A program made the position numbers and the translations under genes. From positions 17,236,001 through 17,300,000 of the forward strand of contig OZ024756.1 of NCBI GenBank assembly GCA_964016885.1: a stretch of 64,000 bases of DNA. The letters are read 5' to 3'. The stretch comes from Eledone cirrhosa. Taxonomy: Eukaryota. The notes beneath the pieces were generated by a model. The model had not been told where the DNA came from and ran no database searches. It worked only from the letters and a program-made list of their open reading frames with translations. Positions 33,643 through 54,361 of this stretch are shown here, one piece after another; the stretch's first letter is position 1, and each line of letters starts with the position of its first letter.

Positions 33643-34063
33643 CCTGTGTCAGTGTTGAACAAAAAGGTGACGTGGTTGCCTTAACACCGTATGGCATAAA
33701 TTCAGGCTGTTCAGTTTGTTTACAAACGAACAAAGCGACGTTAGCGCCGCTAAACTGATACGTGCATATATGTATGTGTATCTGTATGCATATGTATGTA
33801 TATATGTATATATATATATATATGTGCATGCTACTGTACGTCTGTATACATATATGTATGTACGTATACATGCATACTTACATTTAAGTAAGTGCCATAC
33901 TAAGAGTGAGAAATGAAATTTCGTTTTCATTTTGTTTCAATTTATCGTTTTCGGTATGCCTGACCGATTTAACTCACTCAATATGCAAATTAGGCTGCTC
34001 AGCCGTTAATTTTCATAAGGAAAGTATATACTTTCGAACGTTCAACTATCTGGCAGATGGGTA

Positions 34064-34108
34064 AACGGTGCTGATGATAGCTAACAAGCTTGAAACTAGT
34101 ACATTGTT
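34064..34108 (+). ncRNA. Type I minimal hammerhead ribozyme, unit 3
   Basis: As unit 1, with one C>T in stem I converting G-C to G-U. Confidence 0.85.
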
Positions 34109-34348
34109 CCTGTGTCAGTGTTGAACAAAAAGGTGACGTGGTTGCCTTAACACCGTATGGCATAAATTCAGGCTGTTCAGTTTGTTTACAAACGAACAAA
34201 GCGACGTTAGCGCCGCTAAACTGATACGTGCATATATGTATGTGTACCTGTATGCATATGTATGTATATATGTATATATATATATATATGTGCATGCTAC
34301 TGTACGTCTGTATACATATATGTATGTACGTATACATGCATACTTACA

Positions 34349-41155
<6,807 letters not shown>

Positions 41156-41355
41156 NNNNNNNNNNNNNNNNNNNNNNNNNNNNNNNNNNNNNNNNNNNNN
41201 NNNNNNNNNNNNNNNNNNNNNNNNNNNNNNNNNNNNNNNNNNNNNNNNNNNNNNNNNNNNNNNNNNNNNNNNNNNNNNNNNNNNNNNNNNNNNNNNNNNN
41301 NNNNNNNNNNNNNNNNNNNNNNNNNNNNNNNNNNNNNNNNNNNNNNNNNNNNNNN
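41156..41355. other. Assembly gap (200 N)
   Basis: Run of N. Confidence 1.
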
Positions 41356-41514
41356 TTTTTATATTATTCCATCATCTTTTGTTTCCGTAAAATGAATAAA
41401 TAAAATACATTGATCGTTTGAATATTAGTTCAATTGTTTTCTGCTTTTAGTTATAAATCTTGTTTTGACGTTTCTCATATATATATATACATATATATGT
41501 ATATACGTGCCCAA

Positions 41515-41556
<42 letters not shown>

Positions 41557-41560
<4 letters not shown>

Positions 41561-41745
41561 ATGTATGACCCCGACGGCAGAGCTCAAACCGTTTCGACGG
41601 CTATTTCTAGACGGAAATAGCCGTCGAAACGGCTTGAGCTCTGCCGTCGAGGTCATACATTTTCTTATTACCCACTCTACTACCCTAAGTATTGAGTACT
41701 CTGGTGCGTTATGGCCCATCTGGTTCCTTACCACAACTCCTTCGT
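41557..41745 (+). mobile_element. Truncated hammerhead-bearing terminal repeat with inverted 5' copy (probable PLE pLTR relic)
   Basis: Palindrome 41557-41664. The right arm reads GACGG-aaatag-CCGTC-GAAA-CGGC..GCCG-TC^, i.e. HHR stems II and III. Confidence 0.65.
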
Positions 41746-41781
41746 TATATATATATGTGTGCGTGCCCAAACACACACATG

Positions 41782-41873
<92 letters not shown>

Positions 41874-42033
41874 AATATATATTGTTATACTTTGGGAGGG
41901 TCATGTTGCCAATAAGAAACACACGCACCAGTTGCTTTCACTTCAATTTAATTTAATATATATTTATAAATTTACAAATTTATAAATTTCTGGTTGGTTG
42001 GTTCCACAACCACATAGTTGTTTATATATATAT

Positions 42034-42078
42034 AGTCATAGTTCTTTCGTCACACACTCTGTGACCTCTTCAGTGACT
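42034..42078 (-). ncRNA. Minimal hammerhead in PLE 3' pLTR
   Basis: AGTCA-CTGAAGA-g-GTCAC..GTGAC-GAAA-GAAC-TA^-TGACT. Confidence 0.75.
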
Positions 42079-42370
42079 GGGGATTTCTTTCTTCGTTTCT
42101 GTGCCTTTCCTTTCTTCTATCCTACGCCATTTTGTTTGTGTGTGGGTTGCGTGCTCAGTTTGCGCATGCGCCACATCCGGGTGTCTGTGTGTGTTTGTGT
42201 TCATTTTTCTATTTTTCTATTTATATTTGTTTGTTTATTTATTTATTGTTGGTTGGTTGTTTGTTCTATGTGTGTGTGTGTTTTCATTTTGTCTTGTGTG
42301 TGTTTTCATTTTGTGTGTGTTTTCAATTGTAAGTTGTTTATATATGTGTGTGTGTGTTTTCATTTTGTCC

Positions 42371-45300
42371 TTAATTGTAAGTTGTGATGTTGCTGTTCCA
42401 CTCATATTTTCTATTTAATTTTGGTTTTAATTCTTTTATGCTTACTGCCTCTGTAATTTGCCTAAACATTGCGTCTTTCTTGTGTGTGGATTCTATTTTT
42501 ATTTCTATGCTCTCTAATTTACCCCTGTGTTCTATCTTAGCATGTTGGTAGAGCACAGATGATTCTTTACTATCTTGGAGGTCTCGCCAGTGTTCATTTA
42601 TTCGTTCCCCTATACTACGAGCTGTCTCACCTATGTACACTATATTTTTGTTTCTACATTGTCCCTCAGTACATCTTATGCTATATACTACATTTCTAGT
42701 TTTACAGTTAATATGGGGGCTTATTTTACAGGTTATACATTTCTTATCTATACATGAGGGTCTTTGGAACGGGTATGTCTTGCTAATAAGTGTTTTTACG
42801 GAGGTACCAGGTCTTTCTACTATCTTAATATTGAGATTATGTTTCTTTAGGGCCCTTCTAAATTTGTAGGCTAGTTCACCTCTAGGGGTTGTATTGATGA
42901 ACATTACACTCTGGTATTTATTGCTATCATACCATGAGTTTATTCTATTGGCCTTGTTCTTAGTTCTTTCTATTCTATTCCAAAATTTGCTCCTATACAA
43001 GGGGCAGGTCCCATTTATGTCATTATTTACCATTTTTTCCCATTTGGTTCTGGCTCCTTTATACACTCTGATTCTATCTCTCTGATTGTAGCAGCCAGAG
43101 AACTGCATACGGTGGATGAAGTGTTGTATGTGTCTCTCTAGTTCTTCGGGGTTGCACATGCGGGACACATTTCTCATCACCCGTATCAAATCCGCAATCA
43201 GTATGTTGATTTTGGTATGGTCCGAAATGGCCGAGTTTCGGTGGATCAGATGTTTGGAAGTCATGGGTTTGGCATAATGGGAATGGAGGATTTGTTTTTG
43301 GTTGTTAATAGTATCTAACCAGAGCTCTGTGTCTAGTACAGGTAATCGATGGTTGGGGTGTCTACTTGGGTAGTCTATAGTAACTCTAATGCTCTGGTGG
43401 ATGGAGTTTGCTATTTGCTGGATGCTTTCCATTGTGTTTTTCTCAGGTTCCTGACTGTTCTTTAGTGGGGGTGTCTTAACTACGATGTTTATATCATCTA
43501 CGTAGCGGGAGTACATTATCAGGGTTAATCTGTCTTCTAATTGTTCTTTAAGTTTTTGTTTAAGTCTACTGTCCCACCATACCATGAACAAGTTAGCTAT
43601 GTCGCCTGCAATGCTAACACCAATGGCTGCTCCTTCCTCTTGGGCATATGTTTTACCATTAAATTTGAACATATGTTCCTTAAGGGTTAATTTTATGCTG
43701 GCCCCTACCGCATGTGCAATCATTTTCTTCAGTTCATCGTGGTTTTCGGGTGTCCGTATGGCTCTGGTCCACCCGTTCCATCTATCTGTGTGGGTTTTCT
43801 TGGCCATTGAGGTAATGGTAGGTGGTCTGCCTCTTGCTGGTCTTGTAGGGCACAGGTTGCTAAGGTCATAAGTGTCTAGGTAACTATTACTATGGGTAAG
43901 CTTAAGTAGAAGTCCCAGCTCACTGGTATCAATCCCACGGAACTCAACCTTGCTCTCGCTGATCATTTCGACGCATTTCTCCACAGCAAAATCCACGTCA
44001 ATAGATGGATACAGGGACACAACATCCATACTGCCTATTATGCAGTTTGTTAGGTCCCCAGATCGGTTACCCGCGTCGATTCCGCTGAGGAGGTCCTCCG
44101 TGCTGTCACACACATCTGGGGACATCTCAATGATGGGGCGTATGATCAGGGAGAGGAAGTAGGGACAGTCTGTAGTTACTAGCAATGTTAGCCCCACAGA
44201 CTGGCCGTGTTGGTGGTCCCGCGACAGGGTCCCAGCCCGTTTTATGGTCTTTTCGAAGCCCATACAACGCCGGCACGTCATTGTTCCAGGCCTGGAAGTT
44301 GTTGGCAGTCCTTTTGTTGGGCTGCATTATATTTGTCCACATCACCATATGGCATTGAGGGTTTTTTCTCTGTCCTCATGCTCCTGTGGTGTTACCTCTC
44401 TTGTGTTAGTGATGTGGGGTTGCATTGCCTGGATGTAGTTTGGCAGGCTGTCAACCGACATTCTGCCAGACTTGTCTGTTGGAAAGCATGCTATCTCTCC
44501 ATTACGCGAGCGCTGCATGAGCTTACGCAAGCCATTTGCAGATTCTTCTCCCAGTTGCTGGGCCTCTATTCTATTATGCTTCTTGCTATACTGTTCTATA
44601 ATATTTCTAAGTTCGGATTTAGCTATACTAAATTGTGCTTCTGTTTGTTCATCGACCTGCGACGGCAACTGCGTGCGTTTGTTAAATGGCAAAGTCGTGG
44701 CGTGGACTCGTCGTAGGTCGAATGATTTATCGGAGGGGTTATAAAACGGAGAGTTCCAGGCTGCTGCTTTATGTGTACTTGCGCTATTGTTAGTTGTGTT
44801 GTTTCTATTTCCACCAACAGCAGCAGCCTCAGCTTCATGGTTGTTTCTATGTCTCTCATAATTACTCCTGTCTCTTTCCACTGGCTCAATGTTGTTATCT
44901 ACCCTATTTTGTGTGTCTGTGTGTTCGTCTTGGTTATTCTCTTTGTCCTTAGTCTCCCTACTCCTTTTAATCCTATTACTTTCTCTTATTTCTCTGATTT
45001 CTGTGCTACTGTCATTACTTGTTTTCTGTGTCTGTGTGTTTGTTAAGATTGTAGTGGTGGTGAGAGGCATTGAATGTGTGTGTGTTGTTGTTGTTGATGT
45101 GTGTTGTTGTTGATGTGTGTTGTTGTCTCCGTGTGTGTGTGTGTTATCGTTGTTGTGTGTGTTGTTATTGTTGTTTGTGTTTGCGTGTCTGTTGTTGTTG
45201 TATCTGGGTATGTTGCTGTTGTTGTTGTTGTTGATGTGTGTGTTGTTGTTATTGTTGTCTCCGTGTGTGTTGTTATTGTTGTTTGTGTCTGCGTGTCTGT

Positions 45301-46204
45301 TGTATCTGGGTATGTTGCTATTGTTGGTATTGTATCTGGGTATGTTGCTATTGTTGTTGTTATTGTTGTTTGTGTCTGTGTGTCTGTTGTTGTTGGGATG
45401 TGTGTTGTATATGTGTGTGCGTATATTGTTGCTTTTGTTTTTGTTTTTGATGCTCCAGCGTAGTTTCGTAAATGATTTTTCTATTTCTGACAGACAACTA
45501 ATCATATTTACCTTCTTGAATGTCGCAAATTTGGGTGGCAGACGTAACACAGACATTTCATTATTATCTATTTTCGTGTTTCCATAAATGTTGGTATTTT
45601 CATTGTTGAACTCTTCAGATAATGAGGTGTCGGCCATGTTGATACCGTCAATTTTGTCGGGATATCTATTGGTATACTCTATAGTATCCCGATTTAGCTT
45701 TGCCTGTTTAAGCCACTTTAATTTTCTGTTAAAGTGCTTATTACATTCTTGAGTAATGTACTGTTCTTCGGGGCGTATAAGGCTTATAAATGTTAGTTTT
45801 TCTGCTGGTGTGGTGATTTTAGATATTTCATCTATTAGGTTACGCTTTAGTTTTTCTTGATGACTTAATTCTCTATAGATCTTCTTTTTTATGTTTAGAA
45901 TTAAAGTTCGTTTTAGCCTATCTGCTTGTTTTTTGGTGAGTTGTAATCTTCTAACGTCGGTATTGATGGTGTTGGTGTAGATTCTAGAAGTGGTGCACAG
46001 TTTTATGAAGTGTAGTTGTCGAGATGTTATGGTTTTTCGTAGACAACAGAACATGGTGGTTTTCAGTATCTTGTTAGCCTGGCTAAGGCTTACGATATTT
46101 CGTTTCTGAATTTGTTTAGCAAGATTCTTTATCTGAAATCGTGTGTTGAAACCGATATTGTTATACTTTGGGAGGGTCATGTTGCCAATAAGAAACACAC
46201 GCAC
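42371..46204 (-). CDS. PLE polyprotein: N-terminal domain, RT, Cys linker, GIY-YIG endonuclease (frameshifts near 44350 and 44162)
   Basis: PTDKSG, LYGLRKDHK, SMDVVSLYPSI, QEEGAAIG, YSRYVDD, LPVLD, CxxxxCxxC, VVYSIRC..YIGETARSIGERINEH. Confidence 0.9.
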
Positions 46205-46304
46205 CAGTTGCTTTCACTTCAATTTAATTTAATATATATTTATAAATTTACAAATTTATAAATTTCTGGTTGGTTGGTTGGTTCCACAACCAGATAGTTG
46301 TTTA

Positions 46305-48143
46305 TGGGACCCTGTCGCGGGACCACCAACACGGCCAGTCTGTGGGGCTAACATTGCTAGTAACTACAGACTGTCCTACTTCCTCTCCCTGATCATACGC
46401 CCCATCATTGAGATGTCCCCAGATGTGTGTGACAGCACGGAGGACCTCCTCAGCGGAATCGACGCGGGTAACCGATCTGGGGACCTAACAAACTGCATAA
46501 TAGGCAGTATGGATGTTGTGTCCCTGTATCCATCTATTGACGTGGATTTTGCTGTGGAGAAATGCGTCGAAATGATCAGCGAGAGCAAGGTTGAGTTCCG
46601 TGGGATTGATACCAGTGAGCTGGGACTTCTACTTAAGCTTACCCATAGTAATAGTTACCTAGACACTTATGACCTTAGCAACCTGTGCCCTACAAGACCA
46701 GCAAGAGGCAGACCACCTACCATTACCTCAATGGCCAAGAAAACCCACACAGATAGATGGAACGGGTGGACCAGAGCCATACGGACACCCGAAAACCACG
46801 ATGAACTGAAGAAAATGATTGCACATGCGGTAGGGGCCAGCATAAAATTAACCCTTAAGGAACATATGTTCAAATTTAATGGTAAAACATATGCCCAAGA
46901 GGAAGGAGCAGCCATTGGTGTTAGCATTGCAGGCGACATAGCTAACTTGTTCATGGTATGGTGGGACAGTAGACTTAAACAAAAACTTAAAGAACAATTA
47001 GAAGACAGATTAACCCTGATAATGTACTCCCGCTACGTAGATGATATAAACATCGTAGTTAAGACACCCCCACTAAAGAACAGTCAGGAACCTGAGAAAA
47101 ACACAATGGAAAGCATCCAGCAAATAGCAAACTCCATCCACCAGAGCATTAGAGTTACTATAGACTACCCAAGTAGACACCCCAACCATCGATTACCTGT
47201 ACTAGACACAGAGCTCTGGTTAGATACTATTAACAACCAAAAACAAATCCTCCATTCCCATTATGCCAAACCCATGACTTCCAAACATCTGATCCACCGA
47301 AACTCGGCCATTTCGGACCATACCAAAATCAACATACTGATTGCGGATTTGATACGGGTGATGAGAAATGTGTCCCGCATGTGCAACCCCGAAGAACTAG
47401 AGAGACACATACAACACTTCATCCACCGTATGCAGTTCTCTGGCTACAATCAGAGAGATAGAATCAGAGTGTATAAAGGAGCCAGAACCAAATGGGAAAA
47501 AATGGTAAATAATGACATAAATGGGACCTGCCCCTTGTATAGGAGCAAATTTTGGAATAGAATAGAAAGAACTAAGAACAAGGCCAATAGAATAAACTCA
47601 TGGTATGATAGCAATAAATACCAGAGTGTAATGTTCATCAATACAACCCCTAGAGGTGAACTAGCCTACAAATTTAGAAGGGCCCTAAAGAAACATAATC
47701 TCAATATTAAGATAGTAGAAAGACCTGGTACCTCCGTAAAAACACTTATTAGCAAGACATACCCGTTCCAAAGACCCTCATGTATAGATAAGAAATGTAT
47801 AACCTGTAAAATAAGCCCCCATATTAACTGTAAAACTAGAAATGTAGTATATAGCATAAGATGTACTGAGGGACAATGTAGAAACAAAAATATAGTGTAC
47901 ATAGGTGAGACAGCTCGTAGTATAGGGGAACGAATAAATGAACACTGGCGAGACCTCCAAGATAGTAAAGAATCATCTGTGCTCTACCAACATGCTAAGA
48001 TAGAACACAGGGGTAAATTAGAGAGCATAGAAATAAAAATAGAATCCACACACAAGAAAGACGCAAATGTTTAGGCAAATTACAGAGGCAGTAAGCATAA
48101 AAGAATTAAAACCAAAATTAAATAGAAAATATGAGTGGAACAG
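46305..48143 (+). CDS. 5'-truncated PLE RT plus GIY-YIG (inverted copy; 1-bp insertion at about 48066)
   Basis: Same protein as the minus copy from WDPVAGPP onward. The first residues of the ORF-track call come from antisense pLTR. Confidence 0.9.
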
Positions 48144-48444
48144 CAACATCACAACTTACAATTAAGGACAAAATGAAAACACACACACACATATATAAAC
48201 AACTTACAATTGAAAACACACACAAGACAAAATGAAAACACACACACACATAGAACAAACAACCAACCAACAATAAATAAATAAATAAACAAACAAATAT
48301 AAATAGAAAAATAGAAAAATGAACACAAACACACACAGACACCCGGATGTGGCGCATGCGCAAACTGAGCACGCAACCCACACACAAACAAAATGGCGTA
48401 GGATAGAAGAAAGGAAAGGCACAGAAACGAAGAAAGAAATCCCC

Positions 48445-48489
48445 AGTCACTGAAGAGGTCACAGAGTGTGTGACGAAAGAACTATGACT
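48445..48489 (+). ncRNA. Minimal hammerhead in PLE 3' pLTR (inverted copy)
   Basis: Same motif as 42034-42078. Confidence 0.75.
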
Positions 48490-48746
48490 ATATATATATA
48501 TAAACAACTATCTGGTTGTGGAACCAACCAACCAACCAGAAATTTATAAATTTGTAAATTTATAAATATATATTAAATTAAATTGAAGTGAAAGCAACTG
48601 GTGCGTGTGTTTCTTATTGGCAACATGACCCTCCCAAAGTATAACAATATACATATATATATATATACATATACATATACATATATATATATACATATAC
48701 ATATATATATATACATATACATATATATATATACATATATATATAC

Positions 48747-48809
<63 letters not shown>

Positions 48810-48972
48810 CATATATATATATACATACATATACATATATATATATACATACATATATATATATACATATATATATATACATATATATATATAGATATAT
48901 ATATATATATATACATATATATAAATACATATATATATATACATATATATATATATACATATATATAAATAC

Positions 48973-49003
<31 letters not shown>

Positions 49004-49064
49004 CATATATATAAATACATATATATATATACATATATATATATACATATATATATATACATAT

Positions 49065-50177
49065 ACTCTTTTACTCTTTTACCTGTTTCAGCCATCCGGC
49101 TGAGGCCATGCTGGGGCACCGCCCTTGTTGCTACACATTTTATCTCCAGCCTGTATAGGTTGGCCACTGGTGTAGGAGGGAGTTTGTTGCTGCTGCCCTT
49201 AGGTTTCCCCTCGTGTCTTGCTGTGGGCTCATCCGGGATCCTGGATAACAAGGTGTCGAGATGTTTCTTAAAGACATCCACCTCCACCTCATGCAAGTCT
49301 CGCAGATGCCTCGGCAGCCTGTTGAAGAGTTGAGGGCCCTTGAATCCCAGGCTATTGCAATACCTGCTCCTTATTCTAGATGTGGAAGACAGGACCTTTG
49401 GCACCACACAGTGACGTCCTGTTCGACGGTTGGTCCAGCTCCCAATGCCAAAGTTTGGTGCTAGTCCCTCCAGGATTTTCCACATGTAGATCACTGCGTA
49501 TCTCTCCCGTCTTCGCTCCAAGGAGTAGAGGTTCAGTTCCTTTAGCCTCTCCCAGTAGCTTGTCTCCCTCATCTTGGCAATCCTCTTGGTGTAGCTTCGC
49601 TGGATTGCCTCAAGCTCCGTGGTTAGTTTGACACTATGGGGTGACCACAGCTGGGAGCAGTAGTCCAGGCGGCTTAGGACAAAAGTCCTCCACAGTGTCA
49701 ACATGGTGTCTCGATCTCTTGTAAGGAAAGTCCTCAAGATCCAGCCAGCGAATCGTCTACATGCTGTCGCCACCTTCATGATGTGTGAAGAAAAAGATGC
49801 ATCATCGCACATGTCTATGCCCAGGTCTCGTATCGATTTTGACACGGGGATATCGGTCCCTCCTGGTCCTGTGTAGCTGTGTTCCGCTATATTTGTGTTT
49901 GTGTTTGCAGGTTTGTATTGTAGGGCTTGGAATTTGCCAGCATTAAACTGCATGTTGTTTTCTTCCGCCCATCTGTATATGGCATCCAGATCCTGCTGTA
50001 AGAGGGCAGCGTCAGCCGGGTTTTTGATTGCCTGTGCTACCTTAGTGTCATCAGCATAGCTAGTGAGGGATGTTGTTGCATGCACCACAGAGGGCATGTC
50101 CGAGAGAGCCACCAAAAACAGTAGTGGTCCCAGGACTGTCCCCTGGGGCACCCCACTTGCTATCGGTGTTTCCCTCG
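49065..50177 (-). mobile_element. 5'-truncated CR1-group LINE (RT C-terminal half plus 3' tail)
   Basis: [48 protein letters not shown]. Tail (GTAAAAGA)n, inserted in (TA)n. Confidence 0.92.
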
Positions 50178-50396
50178 ATATATATATACATATACATATA
50201 TATATACACATATATATATACATATATATATATATATACATATATATATACATATATATATATACATATATATATACATATATGCATATATGTATATATA
50301 TATGTATATATGTATATATATATATACATATATATATATACATATATACATATATATATACATATATGCATATATGTATATATATATGTATATATG

Positions 50397-50454
<58 letters not shown>

Positions 50455-50556
50455 CATATATATATACATATATATATATATGTATATATATATGTATATA
50501 TGTATATATATATACTTATATATATATGTATATATGTATATATATATACTTATATA

Positions 50557-50593
<37 letters not shown>

Positions 50594-50617
50594 ACATATA
50601 TATATATGTATACATTC

Positions 50618-50673
<56 letters not shown>

Positions 50674-50947
50674 GTATACATATATATATATATGTATACA
50701 TATATATATATATGTATACATATATATATATATATGTACACATATACATATATATGTATACATATATATATATATATATATGTACACATATATATATATG
50801 TATACATATATATATATATATATGTACACATATATATATATATATATGTACACATATATATATATATGTATACATATATATATATATGTATACATATATA
50901 TATATGTATACATATATATATATGTATACATATATATATATGTATAC

Positions 50948-50981
<34 letters not shown>

Positions 50982-50987
50982 GTATAC

Positions 50988-51021
<34 letters not shown>

Positions 51022-51049
51022 GTATACATATATATATATATATGTATAC

Positions 51050-51092
<43 letters not shown>

Positions 51093-51219
51093 CATATATA
51101 TATATATATATATGTATACATATATATATATATGTATACATATATATATATTTGTATACATATATATATATATATGTATACATATATATATATGTGTATA
51201 TATATATATATATGTGTAC

Positions 51220-51253
<34 letters not shown>

Positions 51254-51430
51254 GTGTACATATATATATATATATGTATACATATATATATATATGTGTA
51301 CATATATATATATATGTGTATACATATATATATATGTATACATATATATATATGTATACATATATATATATATGTGTATACATATATATATATGTATACA
51401 TATATATATATGTATACATATATATATATG

Positions 51431-51473
<43 letters not shown>

Positions 51474-51529
51474 GTATACATATATATATATATATATATA
51501 TATATGTGTACATATATATATATGTATAC

Positions 51530-51561
<32 letters not shown>

Positions 51562-51765
51562 GTGTACATATATATATATATGTATACATATATATATGTG
51601 TAAATATATATATATATGTATACATATATATATGTGTAAATATATATATATATGTATACATATATATATATATATATGTGTACATATATATATATATGTA
51701 TACATATATATATGTATACATATATATATATATATGTATACAAATATATATATATGAATGTATAC

Positions 51766-51822
<57 letters not shown>

Positions 51823-51866
51823 AGTATATATATATACATATATACATATATACATATATATATATG

Positions 51867-51916
<50 letters not shown>

Positions 51917-52235
51917 CATATATACATATATATATATATACATATATATATATATGTATATATATATACATATATACATATATATATATACATATATATT
52001 TATATATATATATACATATATACATATATATATACATATATATTTATATATATATATACATATATACATATATATATACATATATATTTATATATATATA
52101 TACATATATACATATATATATACACATATACATATATATATACACATATATACATATATACATATATATATACACATATATATATACATATATATATACA
52201 TAGATATATATATACATAGATATATATATACATAG

Positions 52236-52268
<33 letters not shown>

Positions 52269-52391
52269 TATATACATATATATATATACATATATATATA
52301 CATATACATATACATATATATACATATATATATACATATATATATACATATATACATATATATATACATATATATATACATATATATATAC

Positions 52392-52422
<31 letters not shown>

Positions 52423-52435
52423 CATATATATATAC

Positions 52436-52486
<51 letters not shown>

Positions 52487-52998
52487 CAAATATATATACA
52501 TATATATATATATTCTACATATATATACATATATGCTACATATATATACATATATATATATATATACTACATATATATACATATATATATATACATATAT
52601 ATACATACATATATATATACATATATATATACATATATATACAACATATATATACAACATATATATATATATATATATACATATATATACAACATATATA
52701 TATATATACATATATATATAGAATAAGGAAAAGCGAAGTAGTTTCAGCTGTTCAAGTCCCTAATATATATATATATACATATATATACATATATATATAC
52801 ATACATATACATATATATATACATACATATATATACATATATATATACATACATATATATACATATATATATACATACATATACATATATATACATATAT
52901 ATATACATATACATACATATATATATACATATACATATATACATATATATATATACATATATATATATACATATATATATATACATATATATATATAC

Positions 52999-53047
<49 letters not shown>

Positions 53048-53050
53048 TAC

Positions 53051-53137
<87 letters not shown>

Positions 53138-53140
53138 TAC

Positions 53141-53203
<63 letters not shown>

Positions 53204-53264
53204 CATATACATATATATATATATACATATACATATATACATATATACATATATACATATATAC

Positions 53265-53297
<33 letters not shown>

Positions 53298-53447
53298 CAC
53301 ATATATACATATATATACATATATACATATATATACATATATACATATATATACATATACATACATATATATATATACATATACATACATATATATATAT
53401 ACATATACATACATATACATATATATATATATATACATACATATACA

Positions 53448-53479
<32 letters not shown>

Positions 53480-53728
53480 CATATATATATATATACATAT
53501 ACATACATATACACATAAATATATATATACATATACATATATACACATATACATATATATATATACATATATACACATATACATATATATATATACATAT
53601 ATACACATATACATATATATATATATACATATATACACATATACATATATATATATATACATATATACATACACATATATATATATATACATATATACAT
53701 ACACATATATACATACACATATATACAT

Positions 53729-53761
<33 letters not shown>

Positions 53762-54106
53762 CATACACATATATACATATATATATATATACATATACAT
53801 ATATACATATATATACATATACATATACATATATACATACACATATATACATATATATATATATACATATACATATATACATATATATACATATACATAT
53901 ACATATATACATACACATATATACATATATATATATATACATATACATATATACATATATATACATATACATATATACATATATATACATATACATATAT
54001 ATATATACATATACATATACATATATATATATACATATACATATATACACATATACATACACGTATATACATATATACACATATATATATATATACACAT
54101 ATACAC

Positions 54107-54137
<31 letters not shown>

Positions 54138-54161
54138 CATATATACACATATATATATGTG

Positions 54162-54194
<33 letters not shown>

Positions 54195-54260
54195 ATATAC
54201 ATATATACACATATATATATATATATATACACACATATATATATATATATATATACATAT

Positions 54261-54307
<47 letters not shown>

Positions 54308-54361
54308 CATATATACACATATATATATACATATATATATATACATATACATATATACACA

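Larger units (their letters stand above)
32832..34348 (+). repeat. 466-bp tandem array (about 3.25 units) carrying hammerhead ribozymes; retrozyme-like
   Basis: Identical ORF calls recur at +466 (33067/33533/33999), and the units differ by very few bases. Confidence 0.95.
41879..48650. mobile_element. Penelope-like retroelement: full copy on minus (46305 to 41879) plus inverted 5'-truncated copy on plus (46305-48650)
   Basis: Direct pLTR repeats at 41879-42025 and 46156-46305. Arms 41879-44234 and 46305-48650 are reverse complements. No TSD, and both ends run into (TA)n. Confidence 0.95.

Noticed and set aside
33067-34337. Triplicated short ORFs in the 466-bp array
   Set aside because: They start in microsatellite and show no recognisable domain; the RNA motif explains the repeat better.
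48544-51993. 1149-aa ORF
   Set aside because: Only 49.2-50.2 kb is real (CR1-like RT fragment); the rest is microsatellite read-through.
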